This document shows, piece after piece, positions 8,374-17,347 of a DNA stretch of 57,423 nucleotides. The position numbers and the translations under genes were made by a program. Origin of the DNA: a virus (Duplodnaviria > Caudoviricetes). The notes below the pieces were generated by a model. That model searched no databases and was not told the origin of the DNA. It saw only the letters and a list, made by a program, of their open reading frames with translations. Within the stretch, counting starts at the first letter, position 1. Each line of letters opens with the position of its first letter. The stretch is from positions 1-57,423 of IMG/VR virus record IMGVR_UViG_3300030329_003887. The stretch is one strand, 5' to 3'.

Positions 8374-10200
8374 ATGGGGCTTACGGGAAAACAGGTTCGA
8401 GATCTCATTAATGTCCACAAAACCCGCACCTCGGGTGAACGTGCGAAATGGGATCGGTATCTTCGGTATTACCGCTCAGAGTTCTGGGGCGAAAATGCTG
8501 ATATGAAAGATATCTATAGTGACGCCGAAGTTGCTATGGAGACTAACTATCCGTATTCATTTGTGGATTCGATGGTGAGTTCTATCGTTCCACCGAATCC
8601 ACAAGTCACAGTAGTTGCTAGGAACTCTGAGAAAAAAGAGTTTGCCCGCTATCGGGAAGCTCTTGTTAATGACACGCTGAAGAGGGAACGGGCGTCAACT
8701 CTTCTTTGGCGTCTCGCAACTTATGTGTCGGTCTATGGGCGTGGATTCCTAAAAGGTGTCTGGCGTTTCTCCCGCCAAAGGACTGAATATCGCGTTATCG
8801 ATCCTCGATTCGTTTTCTTTGACCTGTCGGCTGAACGGTGGGAAGACATTCGCTACCTTGTAGAGGTAACGACACTTACTCGGGATGAGTTCAAGCGGAG
8901 AGCGAAAGCTCCCCTTGATCCGAATAAGCCTCGGGGTAAGCGCCGATACAATGCTGACCAAGTAAAGCGGGCTAACTTCGGACACTACCCGGCATGGCTT
9001 AAACCCGCTTTGAAGAAGAGCCGGGATATCAGTTCGGAAGCTTTTGACTGGATTACGGTCTACGAAGTCTATGATTTTACCGGGAAGAAGTACTACCATT
9101 ATCTTGAAGACGAAACTGAACCGTTATTCAAGGATGATCTTCCATATCGTTTTGTGGAGAATCCGTATCGTCTACTGACATTCAATGACAATATGCAGAG
9201 TCTTGAAGGTATTTCAGACGTACAGTTGATCGACCGTCAACAGCAGATGCTCAATGAGTTGGATACTCTTGAGCTTCGGCATGCACAGTCTTCGATTCCA
9301 GTAACGCTGTTTCAAGCTGGGCTTGTCGATAATCCGGGAGCCTTTATTAAGGATTTGCTGGATGCGACTAGTCCCGGTGATGCAGTTGCTCTTCACGCAA
9401 AACCGGGCATCGGCATTAATGAGATCATCGCTAATACTCCCACAACGCAGTTGTCTCCCAGTTTCGAGACTATGCGGGAGCGGATTACGAAGACAATCGA
9501 ATTCACTCTTGGGCTACCCCAGTTTCAACGGGGTGTTGTCGGTGTAGCGGATGTGGCGACAGAAGTTGCTTTAGCAGAAACGGCTGTTCGAACTCGAAAT
9601 GGTCGTCGATTACAGGCACTCCAAGATGTAATTGAGTGGATGTGTCGAACTACTGTTGGTTTATATGAAGAGTTCCTTCCTTCGGAAAGTGATCTTCCAA
9701 TTCGATTGACTGGGCGAAGAGAAGCCCTAGTAGTAAATCGCCAATCTATGAATGCTCGGAATCCTCTACAGGCGGAAGACCCTTATAGTCAGCCGCATCC
9801 GATGGATTATGACTACGACGTAGTTCCATACTCTCCTACCGAGAACAGTCGGACCATCCAGTTACGCAATTTGGCACAGGTGTTGGATTTATTATCCTCT
9901 TCTGTTGATGTGGATAAGCGCCGTTTGGTCTCGGCTGTAATTGATCTACTTAATCTGGATCCTGACCTTTTAATCAGCGAAGAAGAGAAAGCAGTAATCG
10001 AACAGCAGATTCAAGCGCAACAGATGGGCATGGCCCCAGTTGGTCCGGGTGCTCCAGAAAAAGAAGTTTCTCAAGTAAATCAGCGAAACATTCGTGATAC
10101 AACTACAGCAGGTGGTCCTGTTGCAGCAACAGGTCCGCGTGTCGTTCTTCCCACAGGGGCCGCAGGTGGTCCCGGTGATCCCGCTCCCAAGTCGAGGTAA
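8374..10200 (+). CDS. Portal protein
   Basis: 608 aa, follows terL; N-terminal helices, YSFVDSMVSSI, ATEV motif, YDYDVVPYS and Q/M/P-rich tail typical of P22-like portals. Confidence 0.85.
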   Translation: MGLTGKQVRDLINVHKTRTSGERAKWDRYLRYYRSEFWGENADMKDIYSDAEVAMETNYPYSFVDSMVSSIVPPNPQVTVVARNSEKKEFARYREALVNDTLKRERASTLLWRLATYVSVYGRGFLKGVWRFSRQRTEYRVIDPRFVFFDLSAERWEDIRYLVEVTTLTRDEFKRRAKAPLDPNKPRGKRRYNADQVKRANFGHYPAWLKPALKKSRDISSEAFDWITVYEVYDFTGKKYYHYLEDETEPLFKDDLPYRFVENPYRLLTFNDNMQSLEGISDVQLIDRQQQMLNELDTLELRHAQSSIPVTLFQAGLVDNPGAFIKDLLDATSPGDAVALHAKPGIGINEIIANTPTTQLSPSFETMRERITKTIEFTLGLPQFQRGVVGVADVATEVALAETAVRTRNGRRLQALQDVIEWMCRTTVGLYEEFLPSESDLPIRLTGRREALVVNRQSMNARNPLQAEDPYSQPHPMDYDYDVVPYSPTENSRTIQLRNLAQVLDLLSSSVDVDKRRLVSAVIDLLNLDPDLLISEEEKAVIEQQIQAQQMGMAPVGPGAPEKEVSQVNQRNIRDTTTAGGPVAATGPRVVLPTGAAGGPGDPAPKSR

Positions 10201-10202
10201 TC

Positions 10203-12083
10203 ATGGCAATTCCCCCACCTAAGCCCCCGCCCGGTGCAGTTAAACGCGAATGGGGTGTTCCCGATGCGCCTCCACCAGAAGGGCCCGTTCCCCCTCAGAG
10301 GCAAAATATCGAATTTCCGACTATCCAGTCAGGACTTTCGCCTGAAATGGCTCGACTTGCAGAGAGCGTTAAGAATTTCCGCTCAATGTATACAAATCGC
10401 CCAAGTTTGGGGGAAGGCTCTCTTCGGGCTCTCGCAGATATGTATCCGCTTGCCGATTCGTTGATGAACCGCCTTAGTGCTGAGATTCAACAAGATCCAG
10501 ATTATAAGGCAGCGAGATCGGGATCGATTGAAGATGCGACAGCAGCCCAAAGGGGTAAAGCCCGAGTTTACGATAAGCTTTTAAGCGATGTCATGGACCT
10601 TCGGGGCCGAGCATTGACTGCGCGACAAGAAGTCGCAACTATGCCTACCGTTGCAGAAGGTAGAGAGGAAATGCTGGTAACAGCAGACCGCCCCGATCCA
10701 GCAGATGTGCAAGCTAAAAAAGAGGCAGATGCTCTCGCTGGAAGCGGCATGGTATCGGTCGCGGATCCAGCCCCTCCCCGGCCTGAGTTCATGAAAGAGG
10801 GGGTTCGGCTTCGAGAAGCGGCAAGACAAAAAGGGGAATACCCTCCAAATGAAAAGCCCCTCACCGACGCAGAAATGATGGCGAAGTACGGAAAGCCGAA
10901 AGCGGAAGCAAAGCCCGCCCCCCGGACTTCCCAAGAAGCCGCACCCGAAACTGTCGATCCTCTTGGAACATCTGAGCAACCAGAAGAGCTTGGAGAATCC
11001 CCTCAACCAGAAGAAGAACTTGGGGAATCTCAACAACCAAAGCTTGCTGCTCGAACCTCTGAAGAAGCTGCGCCTGAGCCGACCCCGAAAGAAACGGAAG
11101 CTGGAACAGATGCAAAGATAGAAGAAGAAGCTGATGCTGCGGAAGCGAAAACGCAGGCTGCTAAAGCTGAAGCAGACGAGGATCTTCCGGAATGGGTAAA
11201 AGAACTCGGAGAAGACGACGAAACTCTGAATGCTTATCAGCAAGCTCAAAAAGCTCGACGTGCTGCTGTAGAAAAAGCTCTCGGTGAGTCTCCGACGCCG
11301 GAACGATTAGAACTTGGCGAATCTCCAACACCGGAAAGGTTGGAGGAAGAAGAGCTTGGTGAAAGTCCATCGTGGTTCGGGGAGGGTCAACTTAAAAAAC
11401 TTCCATTACCTGCGGACGAGCCGCCCGGAGAACTCAAAACACTCCCACAAGAGTCTTATGCTCCGCCCGTAGACGCGGCGGAAGAAGCAGAACTTGGCGA
11501 ATCTCCGACGCCGGAACGATTAGAAGAAGAAGAGTTTGGGGAATCCCCACAAGACTGGATGGATGATTTTGGCGAGTCTCCAACAGAGCGCGTTTTCGAT
11601 GCATACCCGGACATTCCGGAAAGTATTCGCCGCCCTGATACTCCAGCAGAACCTGCTTGGATGGGCATGTCCGACGATGCGCTGAAGGCAGGCTCGGGTA
11701 TTGTCTCTACGCCGGATGCACGAAAAGCGGCAGTTGCAAAAGCGATGCGTCCGCAAAAGATTCGAGCCCCAGAAGGCTCTCGGGTCATTAGAGGTGACGG
11801 CGGTTGGGCGTATGCTGTTCTTCCTAATAAAGACATTAAGATTATCGGAGCCCCTAAAGGCCATCGACCGGGCGCATTATTGAAAGCGGGCTCTGACGGA
11901 TACTGGTCAGCTATCGCTAATAAGTTCGGTATCGATACTGTACCTGAAGTTTCGATGAAGGGTATTGAGCCCGATGAGCCCCTTACTCCAGAAAAGGGAA
12001 CACGGAAAAAAGGTGTTGGTAAGGCCCTTACCCGACTCCTAAGTGAGGGAATTAACATGCCTGAAAAGTTGCCAACGGATTAA
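10203..12083 (+). CDS. Acidic, Pro/Glu-rich low-complexity protein with (L/F)GES(P) repeats
   Basis: 626 aa; about eight (L/F)GES(P/Q) units, three as GESPTPERLE; small globular-looking C-terminal region. Confidence 0.75.
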   Translation: MAIPPPKPPPGAVKREWGVPDAPPPEGPVPPQRQNIEFPTIQSGLSPEMARLAESVKNFRSMYTNRPSLGEGSLRALADMYPLADSLMNRLSAEIQQDPDYKAARSGSIEDATAAQRGKARVYDKLLSDVMDLRGRALTARQEVATMPTVAEGREEMLVTADRPDPADVQAKKEADALAGSGMVSVADPAPPRPEFMKEGVRLREAARQKGEYPPNEKPLTDAEMMAKYGKPKAEAKPAPRTSQEAAPETVDPLGTSEQPEELGESPQPEEELGESQQPKLAARTSEEAAPEPTPKETEAGTDAKIEEEADAAEAKTQAAKAEADEDLPEWVKELGEDDETLNAYQQAQKARRAAVEKALGESPTPERLELGESPTPERLEEEELGESPSWFGEGQLKKLPLPADEPPGELKTLPQESYAPPVDAAEEAELGESPTPERLEEEEFGESPQDWMDDFGESPTERVFDAYPDIPESIRRPDTPAEPAWMGMSDDALKAGSGIVSTPDARKAAVAKAMRPQKIRAPEGSRVIRGDGGWAYAVLPNKDIKIIGAPKGHRPGALLKAGSDGYWSAIANKFGIDTVPEVSMKGIEPDEPLTPEKGTRKKGVGKALTRLLSEGINMPEKLPTD

Positions 12084-12086
12084 TAG

Positions 12087-12515
12087 ATGCCCTTATATAA
12101 AATCGACTGTCCGAAGTGTGGGGTTGTAGACGATGTCTTCGCACATCGGGCTACGTCTGAGCAGGAGCATGAGTGTCCAGATTGTGGAGTTATGGCACCC
12201 AAGCTTCCCACAACATTTGCGACTGCAGGTATTATCTTTTCGAATGCTTTAGAGATTAACTCTGCTGGTTTAAAGTTAGAGTCGAACTCTGAGAAGAGAA
12301 AGTATCTAAAAGAAAATCCGACTTGCCGATTTGTAGAAAAAGATTCTCCATATTGGCAGCGTAAAGTGGAAAGGCTCCACGAACGTCGAGAGCAGAAAGT
12401 TCAGAAAAAGGGTTACAAGGATTGGAGAGAGTTTCAGTCTGAGAAAAAAATGGAAAAATCAGATTCGACTAAAGGCACAATTATGCTAGACGCAGGAGCT
12501 TCAAATGCCAGCTAA
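12087..12515 (+). CDS. FmdB-like zinc-ribbon protein
   Basis: MPLYKIDCPKCG...ECPDCG, the MPxYxxxCxxCG...CPxCG pattern often found after phage portals. Confidence 0.8.
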   Translation: MPLYKIDCPKCGVVDDVFAHRATSEQEHECPDCGVMAPKLPTTFATAGIIFSNALEINSAGLKLESNSEKRKYLKENPTCRFVEKDSPYWQRKVERLHERREQKVQKKGYKDWREFQSEKKMEKSDSTKGTIMLDAGASNAS

Positions 12516-12918
12516 TGATCCCGCAGCTTACGACGCGATGTCTACAGACAAGTTGGGGGGAGATCTCTCGACCCAACTCGACCAGATGGTCCAGACCGCT
12601 ATGGATTTAGAATATCAGGAAACACCTCCGGGATCGGAGACTGATTTACCTGAAGACTTGTCAGCAACTCTGGAGGATGAAGTTGAGCCGTCAGTTGCCG
12701 CAGATGTTGAAGGTGCCGTTGCAGAAGTAATGGCAGCTTCCCCAGCTTCTCCAGAAGAGTTTATCAGCAATCTTCGGAGTGCTGGATATGAACTCGTAAA
12801 GGCGGGGGGACCGGCTGTTCCTGAGACAGCAGAAATGGCCCCAATCCCAGATGAAATGCCGATGCGTGAGGCAACTCGCGCTGCGGCTGAACGTGCTCTT
12901 GGTGGGGGTGTTGCATGA
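12505..12918 (+). CDS. Acidic hypothetical head-module protein
   Basis: 137 aa ORF; C-terminus ATRAAAERALG. Confidence 0.7.
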   Translation: MPANDPAAYDAMSTDKLGGDLSTQLDQMVQTAMDLEYQETPPGSETDLPEDLSATLEDEVEPSVAADVEGAVAEVMAASPASPEEFISNLRSAGYELVKAGGPAVPETAEMAPIPDEMPMREATRAAAERALGGGVA

Positions 12919-13778
12919 GCGAAGAAATTGGGGAAACTGTAGAGGCTTCGGGGGAAGTTGAAGCTGCAGAAACGATTGAGGCATCTGAGCCGGAAAGTGT
13001 AGAGTCTTCAGAAGAAACAACCGAAACGGCTGAACCGCTTGAGGCGGAACCTGCATTTAGTTTTGATGGGTGGGATGGTTCAATCGAAAGGCTTCCGTCT
13101 GACTACCATCCGGTCTACACCAATATCCATAATCGAGTCCAGTCTGAGATTGAAAGCTTGCGAAACTCGCTGACTTCAGACCGTGAGTTGTATCAAGCAT
13201 TGCTTGAGGGCGAGGATATTGGACAACAAGCTCGGGAAGAACTCGCTGCTGCCCGAAAAGAATTGGAGTCTATCAAAGGTGGCCAAACTAATTGGGAAAC
13301 AGAAAAAGCAAACTATGAGGCTCGAATTGCTGAATTTGAGTCTCAGGCTCAAGAAAGGCAAACCGCTGAACAAGCAGAAGCAAGCCGCTGGGCGCAAGAA
13401 TTCGAGACTAAACACCGTGATCTCCTTGGCGTGCCAGAATCTCGCGAAAAGTTTCTCGAATATTTAAACGCAGGATTTGCTCCTGAGACTTCGATTAGTC
13501 TTGCGAAAGAGCCGAACGAGGCAATCGTACACTCAGCAGTGTCTTATGTTGTTCAAGGTGTGCCTGAACATTATGCGCTCCGAATGGCTCGGGCAGACCA
13601 TGGTCGTCCTCAGACGGAGGCAGCAAAGCCCCGTGCTTCAGCTCAAATCACAGCCGGGGCAACAGCCTCAACAAACGTCCCTGATAGTGCCGAAAAGGGA
13701 GTTTCCGACAAGACTTTCAACATCCAAGACGCCCGAAAAATGGCGGTCTCCCGTGCATTTAAACGACGTACCGGGTAA
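12915..13778 (+). CDS. Capsid scaffolding protein
   Basis: Acidic N-terminus, coiled coil, basic C-terminal helix (DARKMAVSRAFKRR); immediately upstream of the major capsid gene. Confidence 0.75.
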   Translation: MSEEIGETVEASGEVEAAETIEASEPESVESSEETTETAEPLEAEPAFSFDGWDGSIERLPSDYHPVYTNIHNRVQSEIESLRNSLTSDRELYQALLEGEDIGQQAREELAAARKELESIKGGQTNWETEKANYEARIAEFESQAQERQTAEQAEASRWAQEFETKHRDLLGVPESREKFLEYLNAGFAPETSISLAKEPNEAIVHSAVSYVVQGVPEHYALRMARADHGRPQTEAAKPRASAQITAGATASTNVPDSAEKGVSDKTFNIQDARKMAVSRAFKRRTG

Positions 13779-13813
13779 TCTATTTCTGCTAAAACGCTCT
13801 AAGGAGTAATTCA

Positions 13814-14890
13814 ATGGCCATTTCTGCCGAAGTTCTGAACGACGCTCTTCAGGAGCTTGCCCCCCGGTACCAAAATCTTTTTGAGACTTGGTCCCCCGTA
13901 ATGCAAAAGATTGTGAAAAACGGAAACGTTGAACGCAGTCGTCTTCGTGGTCCTTACAAGGAATTCCGCGTCATTACCGGCGGACCCGGTGATGTTACCC
14001 AGATCGTGGATGGCGGTGAGCGGCTTGCCGCAACTCGCGCTGACATCACGGCGAAGGGAAACACCTACGCTTCTCGCCTGATTTACTCTTTCCTTGTTCC
14101 TGATAAGGACATGGCAGAAGCAACCGGCCCGGCAGATGTTGAGCATCTTATCAAGCAGTATCCAGAAGCTGCTCTGATGGACTTCCACCAACGCATCACT
14201 AAGCAGTTCGTTAATGGTAACGGAAGTGGTTGCGGCGGATTCCTCACCCTGAATGGTGATACAACTTACAGCCCACAGGGAACAGCCCGTGCCGGAGCAA
14301 TCGACTTCGCAGCAAAGGCTTCCCAAACTGATACCGTCTTTGGCCTCGCCAAGGAAGGAACCTCGGGTACCACTGGCTGGTACAATGGTTATGGCAAGAT
14401 CACTTCCATGGCTTCCGATGGTATCTCAAAGCTTCGTCGGGAATACTTCCGCGCATCCCGTAAGGGCAAGCTTCTCGGCCCAGTCGATCTTCTGATGGCT
14501 GACGAGACAAGCTTCTCCAACTACATTGACCTTCTTGAAGATCGGATCATTGTCGAGGACGCTGTTAAGGGCGAAGCCGGTGTTGATGATGTGACTCAGG
14601 GTGTCAAGTTCCTTAAGGCCACAATGTACATCGAGGACTTCCTCGATACTGCGCAGTTCTCAAGCGGTGGCGCTGACGATGGCGTTATCTACGGACTGAA
14701 GACTTCTACTTGGCACATGTACACTCTCGGAAGTGATGACAAGATGGAAACCAAGGGCGACTTCTCAGTCCGTGGTCCTCTCCGTCGCCCCGACATGGAC
14801 GCCCACCAGTTTGAGTACGTTCTTTACATGGGAATGTACTGTGACTTCCTTGCCGCTAACTTCGCCGTTACCGGTGGAAACATCGCTTAG
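13814..14890 (+). CDS. Major capsid protein (HK97 fold inferred)
   Basis: 358 aa, strong AAGGAG RBS, C-ending codon bias suggesting high expression, position after scaffold. Confidence 0.85.
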   Translation: MAISAEVLNDALQELAPRYQNLFETWSPVMQKIVKNGNVERSRLRGPYKEFRVITGGPGDVTQIVDGGERLAATRADITAKGNTYASRLIYSFLVPDKDMAEATGPADVEHLIKQYPEAALMDFHQRITKQFVNGNGSGCGGFLTLNGDTTYSPQGTARAGAIDFAAKASQTDTVFGLAKEGTSGTTGWYNGYGKITSMASDGISKLRREYFRASRKGKLLGPVDLLMADETSFSNYIDLLEDRIIVEDAVKGEAGVDDVTQGVKFLKATMYIEDFLDTAQFSSGGADDGVIYGLKTSTWHMYTLGSDDKMETKGDFSVRGPLRRPDMDAHQFEYVLYMGMYCDFLAANFAVTGGNIA

Positions 14891-14905
14891 TCTAGGAGAC
14901 TTACC

Positions 14906-15406
14906 ATGAGCGGAACTGCTTTTACATCTACTGTTACCCAAGTCGATCTGGGCACTACTGCTTCTCCGCAGCGGTTTCCTCTCGGCTACGAAGTGACTCT
15001 TCCTGCCACAAAGAGTGGTGCTAATAGTGTTGATAATAACGCCGGTATGCAAACTTGGATCTATGTCCATGCTTCAGAGGCTTTGGCCGCTGGAGAAGTT
15101 TGCTCATTCGCTGCCGGGGCGACAACCTACAGTGTTCGACTGATCCCTGCTAATACCCATGCTTGTACGGCTGTAGGTGTAGCGCAGCATACCATCGCTT
15201 CCGGCTCTTATGGATTTATCCAGAAGCGCGGAAAGGGCGCTGTTAAGGCTGACGGCGGTGGAGTTACCGCCAACCTCGGTCTGATTGCTGGTGATGTTGC
15301 CGGTACTGCTGATGCTGCTGGCGCTGTTACAGACGCAAGCTTCGGTGTCGCTACTGCTACTGGTGCTTCGGCAAATGTCGAGTGCTGGATCAACTGCGTC
15401 GGTTAA
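14906..15406 (+). CDS. Capsid cement/decoration protein
   Basis: Ala/Gly-rich 166 aa after MCP; WIYVHASEALAAGEV...VGVAQHTIASGSYGFIQKRG pattern. Confidence 0.7.
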   Translation: MSGTAFTSTVTQVDLGTTASPQRFPLGYEVTLPATKSGANSVDNNAGMQTWIYVHASEALAAGEVCSFAAGATTYSVRLIPANTHACTAVGVAQHTIASGSYGFIQKRGKGAVKADGGGVTANLGLIAGDVAGTADAAGAVTDASFGVATATGASANVECWINCVG

Positions 15407-15452
15407 ACTAAATCGGAGGGGTTGCCAGTCTGGTCCCCAAGGGACGTGAAAG

Positions 15453-17036
15453 ATGAACCGTGCCGACATTCGGCAAGCAGTCTTTGATCAGATTGATTGG
15501 CAGCCCGACACCTCCGAACAGTTAGAAGCAAAGTTAAACCGGTTCATTAACCGTGCATATTTGCAGCTAGCTCTAGAGGCACCTTATCTCTTCTTTGAAG
15601 ATAAGGTGTCTTTCCGTAGTCAGGTCACGATTACTTCGGCTGACTCGATTACAAATGACCGAGTAACTCAATCAACGAACGTCGAAACTGACGGAATCGT
15701 TTGGAAGAGAACTTATACCGTTTCTGCGGATAGAACTCCCGCTGGTGATGATGCGAACATTGTCCAATGGGATCCTGAAATCGCGGCCCATAGTGCTGAA
15801 GCTCTACAGTTAGGTCATCCTTTTGAGGGGAGAACCATTGAGATTACAGACTCTACTGGCCGAGTTCATCGCCGGAAGATTCGGAGTATCCGTTGGAAAG
15901 AAATTTCCCTTACGCACACCGACTACATTGTTCTGGATCAGCCCTTAGACTTAAGGACAGATTCTTCAGCTTCTTCTGAGTATTCGTCTTTAAAGTATCG
16001 CATCGTAACGCCTTCCTATTATCTTCCGGCTGACTTGATTGAGGTTCGGAGCATTCGTTTATGGGATGAAGCGCACCGTGATCCTGTAAACTTGATTTAC
16101 ACAGAAGAAGCGGAAGAGCAGTGGTGGGATGATATTCAGGGTTCCAACTCTTCGGGGAGTCCAAGAAAAGCTTTCCGCACAGACTTCTTCCAGCTACCCG
16201 CACCTACATATAAGCCTATTGTAGAGACGGAAGACGGGACATGGGACACAACCTTTGGGCAACCGCAGCTTGCAGGGTACGAGTTTTTCTACACAATCTG
16301 CTGGGGCAGCCTCGATCCTCTTGATGGTATCGCGGCTGGGGCAGAAGGGACTCCGACGTATCATCGTCGTCCCAAGTTCGAGAGTGCGCCTTCTCCGATC
16401 AGTGAAAAGATTAGAATCTCCAGCACATCCAAAGTCGTCAAGATTACGACTCCGGATCTTGGCGCAGCATACGGGTTTACTCCATCGACAACATCATATG
16501 ATGAGTACTACCGAAGTGGATATTGGAAACGGTTCTATGTTCGTCGGACAGACTCTACAGCAGACACTGTAGGCTCAACAAATCAAGACACCGAAGGTTT
16601 CTACTACTTCGATCGTGATCCGGGCCATGACGGGCAGAAGTATTACAAAGGTAATCTGATCAACCTGTCAGAGCCTTACACAGAAACTCACGGCTACTCG
16701 GGCATTCAATTATCCCCATTGCCCGACGCTGCGTATACCGTTGATGTTCGTTGTCTGAGAAAACCGAAGCCCCTCTTAGAAGATCAGGCTGTTCCAAAGA
16801 TTCCACCGGAAGCCATCGGCATTTTGATCCACAAGATTTTGGTCCTAGTTTATGAATCTTTAGGCGCTTACGAGCTTTCACAGGCCAGCCGTGCTGTATA
16901 CTTACAGCAGCTCACTACTGTCTCGAATAGGTATGGATCCTTACCGACTGGTGTATTCCGCAAACGGCTCGCAAGAGCGGGCGGACACGGTCGAAGAGGT
17001 TATCGATTCTTAGTCGATAAAACCGGAGAATCCTGA
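15453..17036 (+). CDS. Head-tail adaptor / tail tubular protein A-like
   Basis: N-terminal IRQAV...LNRFINRAY helices, YYLPADL, LSPLPDAAYTVDV, C-terminal helices. Confidence 0.6.
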   Translation: MNRADIRQAVFDQIDWQPDTSEQLEAKLNRFINRAYLQLALEAPYLFFEDKVSFRSQVTITSADSITNDRVTQSTNVETDGIVWKRTYTVSADRTPAGDDANIVQWDPEIAAHSAEALQLGHPFEGRTIEITDSTGRVHRRKIRSIRWKEISLTHTDYIVLDQPLDLRTDSSASSEYSSLKYRIVTPSYYLPADLIEVRSIRLWDEAHRDPVNLIYTEEAEEQWWDDIQGSNSSGSPRKAFRTDFFQLPAPTYKPIVETEDGTWDTTFGQPQLAGYEFFYTICWGSLDPLDGIAAGAEGTPTYHRRPKFESAPSPISEKIRISSTSKVVKITTPDLGAAYGFTPSTTSYDEYYRSGYWKRFYVRRTDSTADTVGSTNQDTEGFYYFDRDPGHDGQKYYKGNLINLSEPYTETHGYSGIQLSPLPDAAYTVDVRCLRKPKPLLEDQAVPKIPPEAIGILIHKILVLVYESLGAYELSQASRAVYLQQLTTVSNRYGSLPTGVFRKRLARAGGHGRRGYRFLVDKTGES

Positions 17037-17347
17037 TGGAACAAGAAGCCTTACGTGAAGCCCTCGATCTACCTGTTGATGCCCCTATTCCGGGAGCAAT
17101 GTACCGACGCAAGCAGACCAATAATCATTGGGAGTTTGCCACTGTAATTGCGCTTGAAGTCCTTTCGGACAAGCGGTGGGTAGCTGTGTTTGCTTCTGTC
17201 CGTTTTGGAGAAGAACGGATCACAAGCGAGCACAACAACTTGCGTAGCTATGAGCTTCATTCTTTGCCTCAAGCTGCTACCGCAACTCTGGTTAGTCCTA
17301 CCCTCACATCCGAAGCTCTTGATAGTATCTTATCTGCGGAGGCGTAG
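17036..17347 (+). CDS. Small hypothetical protein
   Basis: 103 aa ORF translationally coupled on both sides. Confidence 0.6.
   Translation: MEQEALREALDLPVDAPIPGAMYRRKQTNNHWEFATVIALEVLSDKRWVAVFASVRFGEERITSEHNNLRSYELHSLPQAATATLVSPTLTSEALDSILSAEA

Noticed and set aside
8371-8376. In-frame TAG-ATG junctions (8371-8376, 17345-17350) as evidence of amber recoding or readthrough
   Set aside because: Conserved genes are intact under the standard code, TAG ends many genes normally, and the only tRNA is Leu(UAA), not a suppressor.
15407-15452. Terminator after the capsid/cement genes
   Set aside because: Short GC stems are present but there is no U-tract.
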